A DNA stretch of 62,305 nucleotides from Pseudomonadota bacterium (GTDB lineage: Bacteria > Pseudomonadota > Gammaproteobacteria > Burkholderiales > Burkholderiaceae_D), in NCBI GenBank assembly GCA_023392035.1, contig JAEVZY010000357.1, forward strand, positions 1-62,305. The letters run 5' to 3'. Position numbers and translations under genes: made by a program. Below the pieces are notes generated by a model that was not told the DNA's origin, searched no databases, and saw only the letters and a program-made list of their open reading frames with translations. Below are positions 30,443-40,764 of this stretch, piece after piece (within the stretch, counting starts at the first letter, position 1; each line of letters starts with the position of its first letter).

Positions 30443-30988
30443 ATGAAACACATCCCGCTTGCCATCGCACTTCTGATCTGCACAGCTCCGGTATTCGCTC
30501 ACAAGATCATCGGCATCGCCGACGGCGACACGCTTACCCTGCTGGTTGACCGCCAGCCCCTGAAAATCCGGCTGGCCAATATTGACGCGCCCGAAAAAGC
30601 GCAGGCATTCGGCCAGCGCGCAAAACAGTCGCTATCCGACCTGTGCTGGGGCAAGGATGCGACCTACAAGGCGCAGACAGTCGATAGATATGGCCGGACA
30701 GTGGCAGTCGTGACCTGTGCCGGCGTCGAGGCGAACCGTGCTCAGGTCGAGCGGGGAATGGTCTGGGTGTACGACCGATATAACCAGGACTCGACATTGC
30801 CCGCGTTGCAGCTCGCGGCGAAAAGTGCGCGACGCGGGCTGTGGGCCGACAAGGCGCCGATTCCGCCCTGGGAGTTCCGGCACAGCAGTACCGAGCACGC
30901 CGATGGCCAGCCTGATTCAACCTGCCTCACTGGTCCGCGCGGCGGTCACTATCAAATAGTGAATGGGAAGAAGCGATACGGCTGTTGA
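30443..30988 (+). CDS. Secreted thermonuclease (SNase family)
   Basis: Signal peptide; DGDT, IRLANIDAPE, DRYGRT and RGLW motifs; basic tail TGPRGG..NGKKRY. Confidence 0.92.
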   Translation: MKHIPLAIALLICTAPVFAHKIIGIADGDTLTLLVDRQPLKIRLANIDAPEKAQAFGQRAKQSLSDLCWGKDATYKAQTVDRYGRTVAVVTCAGVEANRAQVERGMVWVYDRYNQDSTLPALQLAAKSARRGLWADKAPIPPWEFRHSSTEHADGQPDSTCLTGPRGGHYQIVNGKKRYGC

Positions 30989-30998
30989 GCGGCGGCAG

Positions 30999-31472
30999 TC
31001 AAAGCGGCAAATGCGTAAACGCCTCCAGCACCCGCGTATCCAACTCCACCACCCGCTCCAGCAGCGCCCACTGCCCTGACGCCTGGCGCGTCAGCCGGTC
31101 CTTGTACCGCCCCACCGCATACAGGGAAGACTCACCCGTGGTCAGGGTCCGGTATATGGCAAACGCAGAGTCGGCCGTGGCAGTGTCGCCCGCGATGCCG
31201 GCGACATCCGCGGAAACGACGTGCAGCCTGCGCGCCGGATCGCGCACATGCTCGCGCACCTCGGCCAGCAGCTTGGCAAGCGCCGGCATATCGGTCTTCC
31301 ACCAGCTCAGCGTCTTGCGCATCTCGGTGCTGTAGGCCGTGATTTCGTACACGGCGCTGGAATCGAACAGGCTCTGCCAGCCCGCCAGGTCTTCAGCGTC
31401 CAGCAAACGCGCCGACCGCAATATCAACGCCTGGATCTGCAACTGATCCTTCAATGCAATGTCCTGGCTCAC
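30999..31472 (-). CDS. Ring-hydroxylating oxygenase beta subunit
   Basis: SnoaL-like size; LLDAED, YAVGRYKD and VELDTR motifs; overlaps the alpha subunit stop. Confidence 0.85.
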   Translation of the reverse strand: MSQDIALKDQLQIQALILRSARLLDAEDLAGWQSLFDSSAVYEITAYSTEMRKTLSWWKTDMPALAKLLAEVREHVRDPARRLHVVSADVAGIAGDTATADSAFAIYRTLTTGESSLYAVGRYKDRLTRQASGQWALLERVVELDTRVLEAFTHLPL

Positions 31473-32671
31473 GAGGCTGCCTCCTCATTGGTCCGGCCAT
31501 AGGGAAAGGCGGGATCGCGTCCCATCAGCCGGCCCCATTCGGCGTAGTAGGCGCGCAAGTTGGCGTCGTCGGTCGGGTTGAGGTCTTCTTCGCGCGCCAG
31601 GATGCTGTAGCGGACTACGTCAGAACGCATGGCGCGGTATTGGGATTCCACCGCGATCAAATCTTCCGGCAAGTTACGGCCGGCCGGGCCCCAGAACATA
31701 TTGTGGTGACGCATGCGTATCTCGCGCAGCTCCGGCGTATCGCCCACCACGCCAAGGCCGCGCCATTCAATCAGCGTGTGCCCCGCATCCAGCGGCACCA
31801 TGCGGTCCAGCCGCACGACGTTGGAGCGGATGTTGATCATCAGGTCTGGGAACAGGTTCATCACCCGCATCTCGTTGTCCTGCAAGCCGGGCAAGGTGCC
31901 GCCGGTGATCTGGTCATAGCCGCCGCGCTCGTAGGCCACGGTGGCATCGCCATCGGACCAGTAGCCGCTGTGGCCGCGCGGATGGATGCGCAGCTTCATC
32001 GGGCTGGTGCGGCCCAAGACCCAGGGCTGGGTCTTGCGATTGATGGCGTGCAGCATGCTGTGATAGCGCTCGCTGTTATTGTCCTGCCACAGCTTCCAGT
32101 TGCAGGCCACCACGGTCTTGTTGAAGTTGATCAGCTCGAGCGGAACGGTGGACAGCGGCTTCAGAAAACCATGCACGATCTCGCCCAGGAAATCCGCCAG
32201 CGCTTCGCAATCCTCATCCAGGTTCATGAAGACCAGACCGGCGAAGACTTCGGTGCGCACCGGCACCAGTCCCAGCGTGGATTTGTCCAGCCCGACCCGC
32301 TCGTAGCCGGCCGGTTTGGAAACCGCCTTCAGGCTGCCATCCAGGCCATAGTTCCAATGATGGTAGAAGCAGGTGAAGGAACTGGCGCAGCCCGATTCTT
32401 CGCGCACCACTTCCGCGCCGCGATGGCGGCAGGCGTTGTAGAAGCCGCGCACCTGATTGTCTTCCCCGCGCACCACGATCACCGGCTTGGCGGCGATGCT
32501 GGTGCAGCGAAAGCTGCCGGGCGCCGGCACTTCGCTTTCATGGCACACGAACTGCCAGCTCTTGCCCAGGATGCGGGCCTGCTCTTCGGCGAAGATCTGC
32601 TCGTCGGTGAAGATGCGGTTGTCCAGGAAATGGGTGGACGGCAGTGATGGGGGAAGATGGCCTTTGTGCAT
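31469..32671 (-). CDS. Rieske oxygenase alpha subunit (MsmA-like)
   Basis: CRH-x17-CFYH Rieske motif; NWKLW..NSE.YH...H mononuclear iron motif; start MHKGHL after GAGGA. Confidence 0.9.
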   Translation of the reverse strand: MHKGHLPPSLPSTHFLDNRIFTDEQIFAEEQARILGKSWQFVCHESEVPAPGSFRCTSIAAKPVIVVRGEDNQVRGFYNACRHRGAEVVREESGCASSFTCFYHHWNYGLDGSLKAVSKPAGYERVGLDKSTLGLVPVRTEVFAGLVFMNLDEDCEALADFLGEIVHGFLKPLSTVPLELINFNKTVVACNWKLWQDNNSERYHSMLHAINRKTQPWVLGRTSPMKLRIHPRGHSGYWSDGDATVAYERGGYDQITGGTLPGLQDNEMRVMNLFPDLMINIRSNVVRLDRMVPLDAGHTLIEWRGLGVVGDTPELREIRMRHHNMFWGPAGRNLPEDLIAVESQYRAMRSDVVRYSILAREEDLNPTDDANLRAYYAEWGRLMGRDPAFPYGRTNEEAAS

Positions 32672-32711
32672 CGCGCTTCCTCGCTTGCTTCGTTGCTTGC
32701 TGCGTTGCGGC

Positions 32712-33695
32712 TCAGTCGAGCCGGATGTTGGCTTGGCGGGCCACGTTTTCCCAGGTGTCGATCTCGCCGCGAATGAACTTGGCAAACGCGGCCGGTGTGC
32801 TGGCCTCGACTTCAAAATCCGCCGCTTCCACCTTGCTGCGCACATCGGGCGAACGCAGGATGCGCACGATCTCCTGGTTGTATTTGTCGACGATCGCGGC
32901 GGGCGTGCTGGCAGGCGCAAGAAAACCGATCCAGATCGTGGCGTCGAACTTCGGATAGCCCGCCTCCGACATGGCCGGCACATTGGGCAGCGAGCGCAGG
33001 CGCTTGCTGCCCGTGACCGCCAGCGCCTTCAAGCGGCCGGCCTTGACGTAGTTGATCACATTGGCGGCGGCGAAGAAGCCGGCGTCCACCGTGCCACCCA
33101 GCAGGTCTGTCATCGCCGGCGCGGCGCCCTTGTAGGGAATGTGCTTCAACTCGATGCCGGCCCGGGTCTTGAACAATTCCATCGTCAGGTGCGAAGCGCT
33201 GCCGGCGGAAATGGAGGCGTAGTTGAGCCCGCCTTGCCGGCTTTTGGCCAGCGCCACAAACTCCTGCAGATTGGCCACCGGCAAATCGGCGCGCACCGCC
33301 AGCACCTGCGGCGAAGAGACGGCCAGCGTGATCGGCGTCAACTCCGACAAGTCATACGGCAGGTTCTTCACCAGGAAGGAGCTGATGACCAGCGGGTTGT
33401 AGCCGGCCAGTATCGTATAGCCGTCGCCGGGTGCCTTGGCCACCGCCGCCGCGGCGATATTGCCGGATGCGCCGGCCTTGGTCTCCACCACGACCGGCTG
33501 TTTCCACGCCTCGCTGAGCTTGGGCGCGACATAGCGCGCAATCAGGTCGACCGTGCCGCCGGAAGTGGGCACGACCATGTGTATCGGCTTGGAGGGAAAT
33601 GCCGCCTCGTCGGCGGCGAGCGCGCCGGCACAGGATGCGCAAAGAATGGCCGCAACCGAAAGAAGTCGTACCAGGCAATGCCATGTGGAACGCAT
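32712..33695 (-). CDS. Bug/TctC tripartite tricarboxylate substrate-binding protein
   Basis: FPSKPIHMVVP, GASGNIA and HIPYKGAAPA motifs; GAAGGAG RBS. Confidence 0.92.
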   Translation of the reverse strand: MRSTWHCLVRLLSVAAILCASCAGALAADEAAFPSKPIHMVVPTSGGTVDLIARYVAPKLSEAWKQPVVVETKAGASGNIAAAAVAKAPGDGYTILAGYNPLVISSFLVKNLPYDLSELTPITLAVSSPQVLAVRADLPVANLQEFVALAKSRQGGLNYASISAGSASHLTMELFKTRAGIELKHIPYKGAAPAMTDLLGGTVDAGFFAAANVINYVKAGRLKALAVTGSKRLRSLPNVPAMSEAGYPKFDATIWIGFLAPASTPAAIVDKYNQEIVRILRSPDVRSKVEAADFEVEASTPAAFAKFIRGEIDTWENVARQANIRLD

Positions 33696-33761
33696 GTGTC
33701 TCCTTCCTCTCCCTGCCCTGACAGAGCGGCGAAATTCTGCCGGCCCGATCATTCAGGTTTT

Positions 33762-33798
33762 TGTAAGTGTACTTACATTCTTGAGGCTTACGTTAAGC
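33762..33798. promoter_or_regulatory. Two palindromes, candidate MarR operators
   Basis: TGTAAGT-GT-ACTTACA (33762-33777) and GCTTA-CGT-TAAGC (33786-33798) in the divergent bug/marR gap. Confidence 0.6.
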
Positions 33799-33841
33799 TA
33801 GAAGCTTTTGAGTGTCAAGCAAGCTGGGCGGAGGATTGAGG

Positions 33842-34360
33842 ATGAAGCAAGCAGCGAAATCGAAGCAGGTGGAAGACAGCAAGGGAATCGGCGCCCTGCA
33901 TGAGCGACCCGGCGTGTTGTTTCGCCGCGCGCACCAGATTGCGGTCAGCCTGTTCGTGGAAGCCTGCGCCCCGCTCGGCCTGACGCCGCCGCAGCACTCG
34001 ATCCTGTTCGCCGCCAACGCCCGCCCCAACGCCAGTCATGCCGAACTGGCGCGCAGCCTGGGCTTCGACCGGGTGACCGTGGGCAAGGTGGTCCAGAGTC
34101 TGGTCGAACGCGGCTTGTTGAGCAGCGAGCAGATGCCTGACAATCGGCGCGATCGCGCCCTGCGCGTCACGCCCGAGGGAAAACGGCTGCTGCGCAGCGC
34201 AGAAAAGCCGGTGCATGACATGTCGCAACGGCTGCTGTCACCCTTGACGCCCAAGGAACAGGCGCAGTTGATGAAACTGATGCTCAAGCTGACGACGGGA
34301 TTGAATGAGGCCTCGCGCACGCCGGTCGCCGTCGCGCGCGAGGAGAATGCAGCGCAATAG
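33842..34360 (+). CDS. MarR-family regulator
   Basis: RRAHQ, LTPPQ, ELARSLGFDRVT and DNRRDR motifs; GAGG RBS. Confidence 0.92.
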   Translation: MKQAAKSKQVEDSKGIGALHERPGVLFRRAHQIAVSLFVEACAPLGLTPPQHSILFAANARPNASHAELARSLGFDRVTVGKVVQSLVERGLLSSEQMPDNRRDRALRVTPEGKRLLRSAEKPVHDMSQRLLSPLTPKEQAQLMKLMLKLTTGLNEASRTPVAVAREENAAQ

Positions 34361-34412
34361 CCCATGGCCCGGACCGCAGCCGCTTCGCGGCCGCATTTTC
34401 ACGGCCGCGCTT

Positions 34413-37127
34413 TCACGACTCCATAATCGTCTTCACTTTCGAAAACAGTTCCTCCAGCGCCTCTATCGTCACCGGCTTGGTGAGGTGAAAATCGAAGCCG
34501 GCATTGCGTGAGCGTTCCCTGTCCTCGGCCGCGCCCCATCCGGTCAGTGCCGCCAGCACCACGCTGGACAGCTCGCTGCGTTGGCGGATCGCCTGCGCCA
34601 CTTCAAAGCCGGTCATCTCCGGCATGCCCAGATCGAGCAGCGCCAGATCGGGCTTTCTGCGCAGCGCCAGCTCCAGCGCTTCGCGGCCGTCGTGGGCAAC
34701 TTCCACTTCATTGCCGCTCGCCTGCAAAAGCGCCTGCAGCACGTAGGAAGTATCGCGGTTGTCTTCCGCCAGCAGAATGCGCAAGCCGCTTTGTTGCGCG
34801 CGCGCCTCCGCCGCTTCGACCGGTGCCGCATCCTCTGGCACACGCGGCCCGACCACCGGCAGGCGCACCGTAAATGTGCTGCCGCGCCCGACGCCGGCAC
34901 TCTCCGCCAACAGGCTGCCGCCATGCTTTTCCGTCAGCCTTTTGGCCAGGTTCAGGCCGATGCCCAATCCCCCCTGCGACTTTGCAAGGCCACGCCCGGA
35001 CTGCGAGAACATTTCAAACAGCCGCGCATGGTCTTCCGGGGCGATGCCGATGCCGTTGTCGCTCACGGCGATGAGCGCCATGGTGTTCTCCTGCCGCAAG
35101 CGCAATTCGATGCGGCCGCGCTCGGGGGTGTACTTGGAAGCGTTGATCAGCAGGTTGCTCAGGATCTGGGCCACGCGGTTGCGGTCGGCGAATACCCAGA
35201 TCGGCTTGGTCTCCACATCGATCACCAGGGCATGCCGCCTTTCCTGCAACGCCGGACGGCTGGCATCGATCGCTTGCTTGATGATGTCCTGGAGGTGTTC
35301 ATGCGCGCATTTGAGTTCGATCTTTCCGCTGTTGATGCGCGCCACATCCAGCAGCTCGTCCACCAGATGCACCAGATGATCCAGCTGCCGGCGCATGATC
35401 GTGTGCACCTCGCGGATGCGTTCGGCCGGCAGCGTGCCGAGATCGATCAGTTCCAGTCCGCTGCGAATCGGCGCCAGCGGATTGCACAGTTCGTGCGCCA
35501 GCACGGCCAGGAATTCGCCCTGCCTGCGGTTGGCCACGGCCAGGTCGGAAGCCATACGCGCCAGCTCTTCTTCCTTGTGCTTGGATTCGGTAATGTCGCT
35601 GAAAAGCAGCGCCACTTGCCGGCTGCCGGCGCCACCGATGCGCGTCACGGAGATGTCGTACCAGCGGCCCAGTCCCGCCGAGTAGTCCATGAAGCGGGTG
35701 GAGCGGCCGGTGCTGGCCACCTGGTCATAGATCTTGAGCCAGGACAGCGTGGGCTCGGAAAATACTTCGCGCACGGTCTTGCCGACCACGTCATGCAAGC
35801 CGTTCAGCCGGCCCGCCGCCGGATTGGCTTCGATGAACCGGAAGTCCGTCACGGCGCCGCCCTTGTCGTAGATCAGCTCGATGATGTAGAAGCCCTCTTC
35901 GATGGTGTCGAACAACGCCTTGTAGCGCGCTTCGCGCTGGCCGAGCTGCTCTTCCATCAGGCGCTGCGCCGTCACATCCAACGCCACGCCCTGCATGGAA
36001 AGCGGGGTTCCATCCTCGGCAAATTCCACCGCCCCGCGCAGGTGCAGGAAGCGCCAGCCGCCATCGGCGGCGCGCACCCGATAAATTTCCTGGTAGGGCT
36101 CACCCTTGCCGATGGCATTGGCCACCCGCTCGCGGGCCGGCGGCACATCGTCCGGATGGAGCTTGCCGAAATACGCTTCGGCGTCCACCCCTGCCGGGTT
36201 TTCCGGAACGCCGAACAGGCGCGTCGCATTGGCATCGCCATGGACCAGGTTGGTGGAGAGGTCGTACACCCAGGTGCCGATGTCGGCGGAATTCAGAATG
36301 CCCTGCACCCGCCGGCGCGCCTCACGCAGCGCGAGTTCGGTTTCCTTCTGCTCGGTGATGTCGGTGTGGGTGCCTATCCATTCCCGCACCGAACCGTCTT
36401 CGTGCCGCACCGGCACTGCGCGTACGCTGATCCAGCGGTAGTGTCCGTCGACGTGCCGGATGCGCAGTTCGTTCTCGTAGTAGCTTCCCTCAAGGCAGGC
36501 GCGGCGCCAGCCTTCAACCGCGCGCTGCCGGTCGTCCGGATGGAGCAGCTTGACCCAGTCGGCATTGCGCCCTTCCTCTTCGCTGAGCCCGGTCACGGCG
36601 CGCGAGGACAGCGAGTCGGGCAGGACGCAGCCGTCCGCATCCGCGTACCAGACCGCCTGCGACGTCGCATGCACCAGGGAGCGAAAACGCTGCTCGCTTT
36701 CCTGCAGCCTGGCGTGGGCCGTCTTTTGTTCGTGGATGTCGGTATTGGTGCCCATCCAGCGGCTGATCCGGCCTTCGGCATCCAGCACCGGCGCGCCTTT
36801 GCCGAGCACCCAGCGATACTGCCCGCTGTGATGGCGAAAGCGGAATTCGATCGACAGCGGCGTGCCCTGTTCCAGGCAACGGGTCCAGATCTGAAGCACG
36901 CGCTCGCGGTCCTGCGGATCGACCAGCTCGGCCCATGCGCTTCCAGCCAAGTCTTCATGGCGCTTGCCGGTAAAAGCCAGCATTTGCGCATTGAAATAAT
37001 CGCCCCGCCCTTCGGCCGTGGAAGACCACACCATGTGAGGCGTCGCCTCCACCATGGCCCTGAGCTTGGCTTCACTCTCCTGAAGCCGGGTCGACTGTTC
37101 GACGCTCGCGCTTTCCAAGCGGCCCAT
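34413..37127 (-). CDS. Multi-PAS hybrid histidine kinase with receiver domain
   Basis: About four PAS/PAC units; H-box AHELCNPL; NLLINASKY, DNGIG and GLGIGL; receiver LLDLGMP, LTKP. Start uncertain. Confidence 0.93.
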   Translation of the reverse strand: MGRLESASVEQSTRLQESEAKLRAMVEATPHMVWSSTAEGRGDYFNAQMLAFTGKRHEDLAGSAWAELVDPQDRERVLQIWTRCLEQGTPLSIEFRFRHHSGQYRWVLGKGAPVLDAEGRISRWMGTNTDIHEQKTAHARLQESEQRFRSLVHATSQAVWYADADGCVLPDSLSSRAVTGLSEEEGRNADWVKLLHPDDRQRAVEGWRRACLEGSYYENELRIRHVDGHYRWISVRAVPVRHEDGSVREWIGTHTDITEQKETELALREARRRVQGILNSADIGTWVYDLSTNLVHGDANATRLFGVPENPAGVDAEAYFGKLHPDDVPPARERVANAIGKGEPYQEIYRVRAADGGWRFLHLRGAVEFAEDGTPLSMQGVALDVTAQRLMEEQLGQREARYKALFDTIEEGFYIIELIYDKGGAVTDFRFIEANPAAGRLNGLHDVVGKTVREVFSEPTLSWLKIYDQVASTGRSTRFMDYSAGLGRWYDISVTRIGGAGSRQVALLFSDITESKHKEEELARMASDLAVANRRQGEFLAVLAHELCNPLAPIRSGLELIDLGTLPAERIREVHTIMRRQLDHLVHLVDELLDVARINSGKIELKCAHEHLQDIIKQAIDASRPALQERRHALVIDVETKPIWVFADRNRVAQILSNLLINASKYTPERGRIELRLRQENTMALIAVSDNGIGIAPEDHARLFEMFSQSGRGLAKSQGGLGIGLNLAKRLTEKHGGSLLAESAGVGRGSTFTVRLPVVGPRVPEDAAPVEAAEARAQQSGLRILLAEDNRDTSYVLQALLQASGNEVEVAHDGREALELALRRKPDLALLDLGMPEMTGFEVAQAIRQRSELSSVVLAALTGWGAAEDRERSRNAGFDFHLTKPVTIEALEELFSKVKTIMES

Positions 37128-37332
37128 TGGCTTTCCTGGGTGATAGAAGATGCGGAAGTGAGCTACCCGATTGCACTGAAGAAAGCAGGTATCACGCCCG
37201 CTGGTTCAGCTTCGACCATGAAGCCAGGGAATGCGCTCCCGGCACTTTGGCAAGACGCGGCGTTGGCCTCAAGAAAACTGTTCGACAGTGTTCCAGCGCA
37301 AACGGCCCTGCCAGGATGCGGGCCGCGTTTTC

Positions 37333-38235
37333 TCAGGCCTGCTTGCTGGCCTGGCGCCGCCTTTCCATCAACAGGCTGAACAGGTTGCCGCTCAAGATCA
37401 GGCTGGCGCCAATGGCCAGCGACAAGCTCAGGCTTTCACCGTACAGGATGGCGCCCACCACGGCAATCAGGGGCAGGCGCAGCAGGTCGATCGGCACCAC
37501 CACCGAAGCGTCGGCCAGCTTCAGGGCGCGCGTGAAGCAGTAATGGGACGACAGGCCGGTGAGCCCGATCACGGCCAGCGCCGGCAGCATGGCCAGGGTC
37601 GGCGCGGTCCAATGGGTGAGCGATGGCAGCAGGCCCAGCGGCAACTGGATCAGCATCATGTAGAACAGGATGGTGAGCGGCGCGTCGGTGGCAGCCAGCT
37701 TCTTGGTCGTCATGTGGGCAATGCTATAGCCCATGGCACCCAGCAGCACGGCCAGCGCCGCCGGATGCATGATGTCGCTGCCTGGCTTGACGATGATCAG
37801 CACGCCCGCCATGCCCAGTACCACCGCCACCCGGCGCGGCCAGGTCAGCTTCTCGCCCAGGAAAAACACGGCCAGCAATGAAGTCCATACCGGCGCCGTG
37901 AATTCGATGGCAAAGACTTCCGCCAGCGGGATGAAGCCGATGCCGTAGAACCAGCCGAACTGGCCGCCGAAATTGGCCACATTGCGCAGCAGGTGCAAGC
38001 CGAAGCGCTGCGTGCCCAGCTTGTGCCAGCCATAACGCGCCAACAGCAGGCTGACCACCACCAGGCCGCACAGGCTGCGCCAGAACAGGATCTGGAAGGT
38101 GGACATCTGGCCCGACAACTGCCGGCCAGCGACCGCCATGGCCGCGAAGGAAAGCAAGGCGCCGCCCATCCAGAGGGCGGCCAAAGTGATGTGGTGGTTC
38201 CTGGAAGGCGCGATGGCCGATTCGACGGTCTGCAC
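37333..38235 (-). CDS. DMT/EamA family transporter
   Basis: About 10 hydrophobic segments; FLGEK and LYGE motifs. Confidence 0.9.
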   Translation of the reverse strand: MQTVESAIAPSRNHHITLAALWMGGALLSFAAMAVAGRQLSGQMSTFQILFWRSLCGLVVVSLLLARYGWHKLGTQRFGLHLLRNVANFGGQFGWFYGIGFIPLAEVFAIEFTAPVWTSLLAVFFLGEKLTWPRRVAVVLGMAGVLIIVKPGSDIMHPAALAVLLGAMGYSIAHMTTKKLAATDAPLTILFYMMLIQLPLGLLPSLTHWTAPTLAMLPALAVIGLTGLSSHYCFTRALKLADASVVVPIDLLRLPLIAVVGAILYGESLSLSLAIGASLILSGNLFSLLMERRRQASKQA

Positions 38236-38367
38236 GAGTGGTCTTGGGCTCTGGAAAACGTGCAGTGTATGTCAGCTGCGGCCGGCGCGCAGAAGGTGGC
38301 TCGGCAGGCGCCATGGAGGATGCCGCCTGCCGCGCGTTTGCACGCTTCACGTGCTGCGGCCGTGGCC

Positions 38368-40662
38368 TCAGGCCTGCGCGCGCCGCAGCGACGTCGCCGC
38401 GGCCACCATGTTGCGCAAGGCGGGAATTACTTCCGGCCACTGGCGTGTTTTCAGGCCGCAGTCCGGATTGATCCACAGGCGCTCGGCTGGAATGCGCAGC
38501 GCCGCCTTGCGCATCAGGGCCACGATCGCGGCCTCCGTGGGAATGTTGGGCGAATGGATGTCGTACACCCCGGGGCCGATCTGGTTCGGGTATTGGAAAT
38601 GCTTGAAGGCGTCCAGCAATTCCATGTCCGACCTGGCGGTTTCGATGGTGATGACGTCGGCATCCATCTGCGCAATGGCCGCCATGATGTCCTTGAACTC
38701 CGAATAGCACATGTGGGTGTGGATCTGGGTTTCATCCCGCACGCCGTTGGCGGCCAGGCGAAAGGCTTGCACCGCCCAATCGAGGTAGTGTTTCCACTCG
38801 GAGCGGCGCAGCGGCAAGCCTTCGCGCAGCGCGGCTTCGTCGATCTGGATGATCGCCAATCCGGCGCGCTCCAGGTCCAGCACTTCCTGCCGGATCGCCA
38901 GCGCCAGTTGGCGGCAGGTTTGCGCGCGCGGCTGATCGTCGCGAACGAAGGACCAGTTGAGCATGGTGACCGGCCCCGTCAGCATGCCCTTCACCGGCTT
39001 TGCGCTCAGCGATTGGGCATAGGCCGCCCACTGCACCGTCATTGCCTGCGGCCGGCTGATATCCCCGTACAGCAGCGGCGGTTTGACGCAGCGCGAACCG
39101 TAGGACTGCACCCAGCCGTATTCGGTGAAAGCGTAGCCTTCCAGTTGCTGGCCAAAGTACTCCACCATGTCATTGCGTTCGGCTTCGCCGTGGACCAGCA
39201 CGTCCAGTCCAAGTTGTTCCTGCTCGCGCACGCTGCGCGCGATTTCGGCGCGCATGGCCTGGCGATATCGGTCTTCATCCAGCAGGCCGGCCTTGAACTG
39301 GCTGCGGGCGCGGCGAATTTCTTCCGTCTGCGGAAAAGAGCCGATGGTGGTGGTTGGATACAGCGGCAATTGCAGCAGCGTCGCCTGCAGCGCGCTGCGC
39401 TGCTCGAACTGGCTCTGGCGCTGGCCCAGGCTGGCATCGATGCCGGCCATGGCGGCCCTGACGGCGGGATTCATCACACGCGGCGAAGCGCGGCGCGCGG
39501 CGACGGCACGCGCATTGGCCGCCAGTTCCGCCGCAACCTCCGGCCGCCCATGCCGCAGCGCGCGCGCCACGATCTTCAGCTCATCCAGCTTTTGCACGGC
39601 GAAAGCCAGCCAGGCGCGGATGTCCGCATCCAGCTTCTGTTCGCTGTTCAAGTCCACCGGCACGTGCAATAGCGAGCAGGAAGGCGCCAGCCACAGGCGA
39701 TCCCCCAGCTGCTGCGCGATCGGCTCCAGCCAGTTCAGCAGCGCTTGCAAGTCGGTCTTCCACACATTGCGGCCGTCGATCACGCCCAGCGACAGCACTT
39801 TATGGGTCGGCATCAGGTTCAGCAGTTGCTGCGCTTCGTCGCGGCCGTTGACGGCATCGATATGCAAACCCGCCACCGGAAGATTGGCCGCCAGATAGCT
39901 GTTCTCCTGCAGCCTGCCGAAGTAAGTGGCGAGCAGGATCTTGAGTGAGCTGCCCTTGAGCTGGTGATAGGCCTCGCTGAAGGCGTGCTGCCAGGCGGCG
40001 TCCAGCTCGGTCACCAGCAGCGGCTCGTCGATCTGTATCCATTGCACGCCTTCGGCGGCGAGCAGGTCCAGCAATTGCGCATAGACCGGCAGCAGCCTGG
40101 GCAGCAGCGCCAGCTTGTCGCTGTCGTCCTTGGTCCGCGCCAGCGCAAGATAAGTGACCGGCCCAATGATGACCGGCTTGGCCTTGACGCCCTGGGCGCG
40201 CGCCTCCCGAACCTGCTCAAGCAGGCGCGAGGCATCAAGCTTGAAAACGCTTGCGGCATCGAGTTCCGGGACGATGTAGTGGTAGTTGGTGTCGAACCAC
40301 TTGGTCATGGCGCCGGCCGCCACGGCGCCGCAGCAGTCGGCATGCTCGCCGGCCGATTGCGCGGAGCGGCCGCGCGCCAGGCGGAAGTAATTGTCCAGGG
40401 TATCGCCATGGTAGCCGCGCAGGCGTGCCGGCAGATTGCCCAGGGTGAAGCTCATGTCCAGCACCTGGTCGTAAAAGCTGAAATCGCCGACCGGCACCCA
40501 GTCGAGTCCGGATTGGTCTTGCCAGTGCCGGCGGCGCAATTGGGCGCCCACCGCTTGCAGCGCGGCGCGCGAGGTCTCGCCCTTCCAATACGCTTCGAGG
40601 GCGGTTTTCAGTTCGCGCCGGGCGCCGATGCGGGGAAAGCCGAGATTGTGGGTGGTGATCAT
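38368..40662 (-). CDS. metE: Cobalamin-independent methionine synthase
   Basis: [24 protein letters not shown] and NPDCGLKTR motifs. Confidence 0.97.
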   Translation of the reverse strand: MITTHNLGFPRIGARRELKTALEAYWKGETSRAALQAVGAQLRRRHWQDQSGLDWVPVGDFSFYDQVLDMSFTLGNLPARLRGYHGDTLDNYFRLARGRSAQSAGEHADCCGAVAAGAMTKWFDTNYHYIVPELDAASVFKLDASRLLEQVREARAQGVKAKPVIIGPVTYLALARTKDDSDKLALLPRLLPVYAQLLDLLAAEGVQWIQIDEPLLVTELDAAWQHAFSEAYHQLKGSSLKILLATYFGRLQENSYLAANLPVAGLHIDAVNGRDEAQQLLNLMPTHKVLSLGVIDGRNVWKTDLQALLNWLEPIAQQLGDRLWLAPSCSLLHVPVDLNSEQKLDADIRAWLAFAVQKLDELKIVARALRHGRPEVAAELAANARAVAARRASPRVMNPAVRAAMAGIDASLGQRQSQFEQRSALQATLLQLPLYPTTTIGSFPQTEEIRRARSQFKAGLLDEDRYRQAMRAEIARSVREQEQLGLDVLVHGEAERNDMVEYFGQQLEGYAFTEYGWVQSYGSRCVKPPLLYGDISRPQAMTVQWAAYAQSLSAKPVKGMLTGPVTMLNWSFVRDDQPRAQTCRQLALAIRQEVLDLERAGLAIIQIDEAALREGLPLRRSEWKHYLDWAVQAFRLAANGVRDETQIHTHMCYSEFKDIMAAIAQMDADVITIETARSDMELLDAFKHFQYPNQIGPGVYDIHSPNIPTEAAIVALMRKAALRIPAERLWINPDCGLKTRQWPEVIPALRNMVAAATSLRRAQA

Positions 40663-40745
40663 GAGCAGGTCGGGTATCGAAGAGAGAGGCGCTCATGCTA
40701 GGCCGCCCAGACCATGACGTAAAATGGTCTTTTCTCACCGATCAA

Positions 40746-40758
40746 TGAATTTCACTCA
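40746..40758. promoter_or_regulatory. Candidate MetR box
   Basis: TGAATTTCACTCA resembles TGAA-N5-TTCA; lies between metE and metR. Confidence 0.6.
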
Positions 40759-40764
40759 TCCATC

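Noticed and set aside
34581..37379. 932-aa plus-strand ORF
   Set aside because: Antisense shadow of the hybrid kinase.
40663..40764. Cobalamin or SAM riboswitch upstream of metE
   Set aside because: The gap is ~100 nt with no riboswitch motifs; a MetR box explains regulation.
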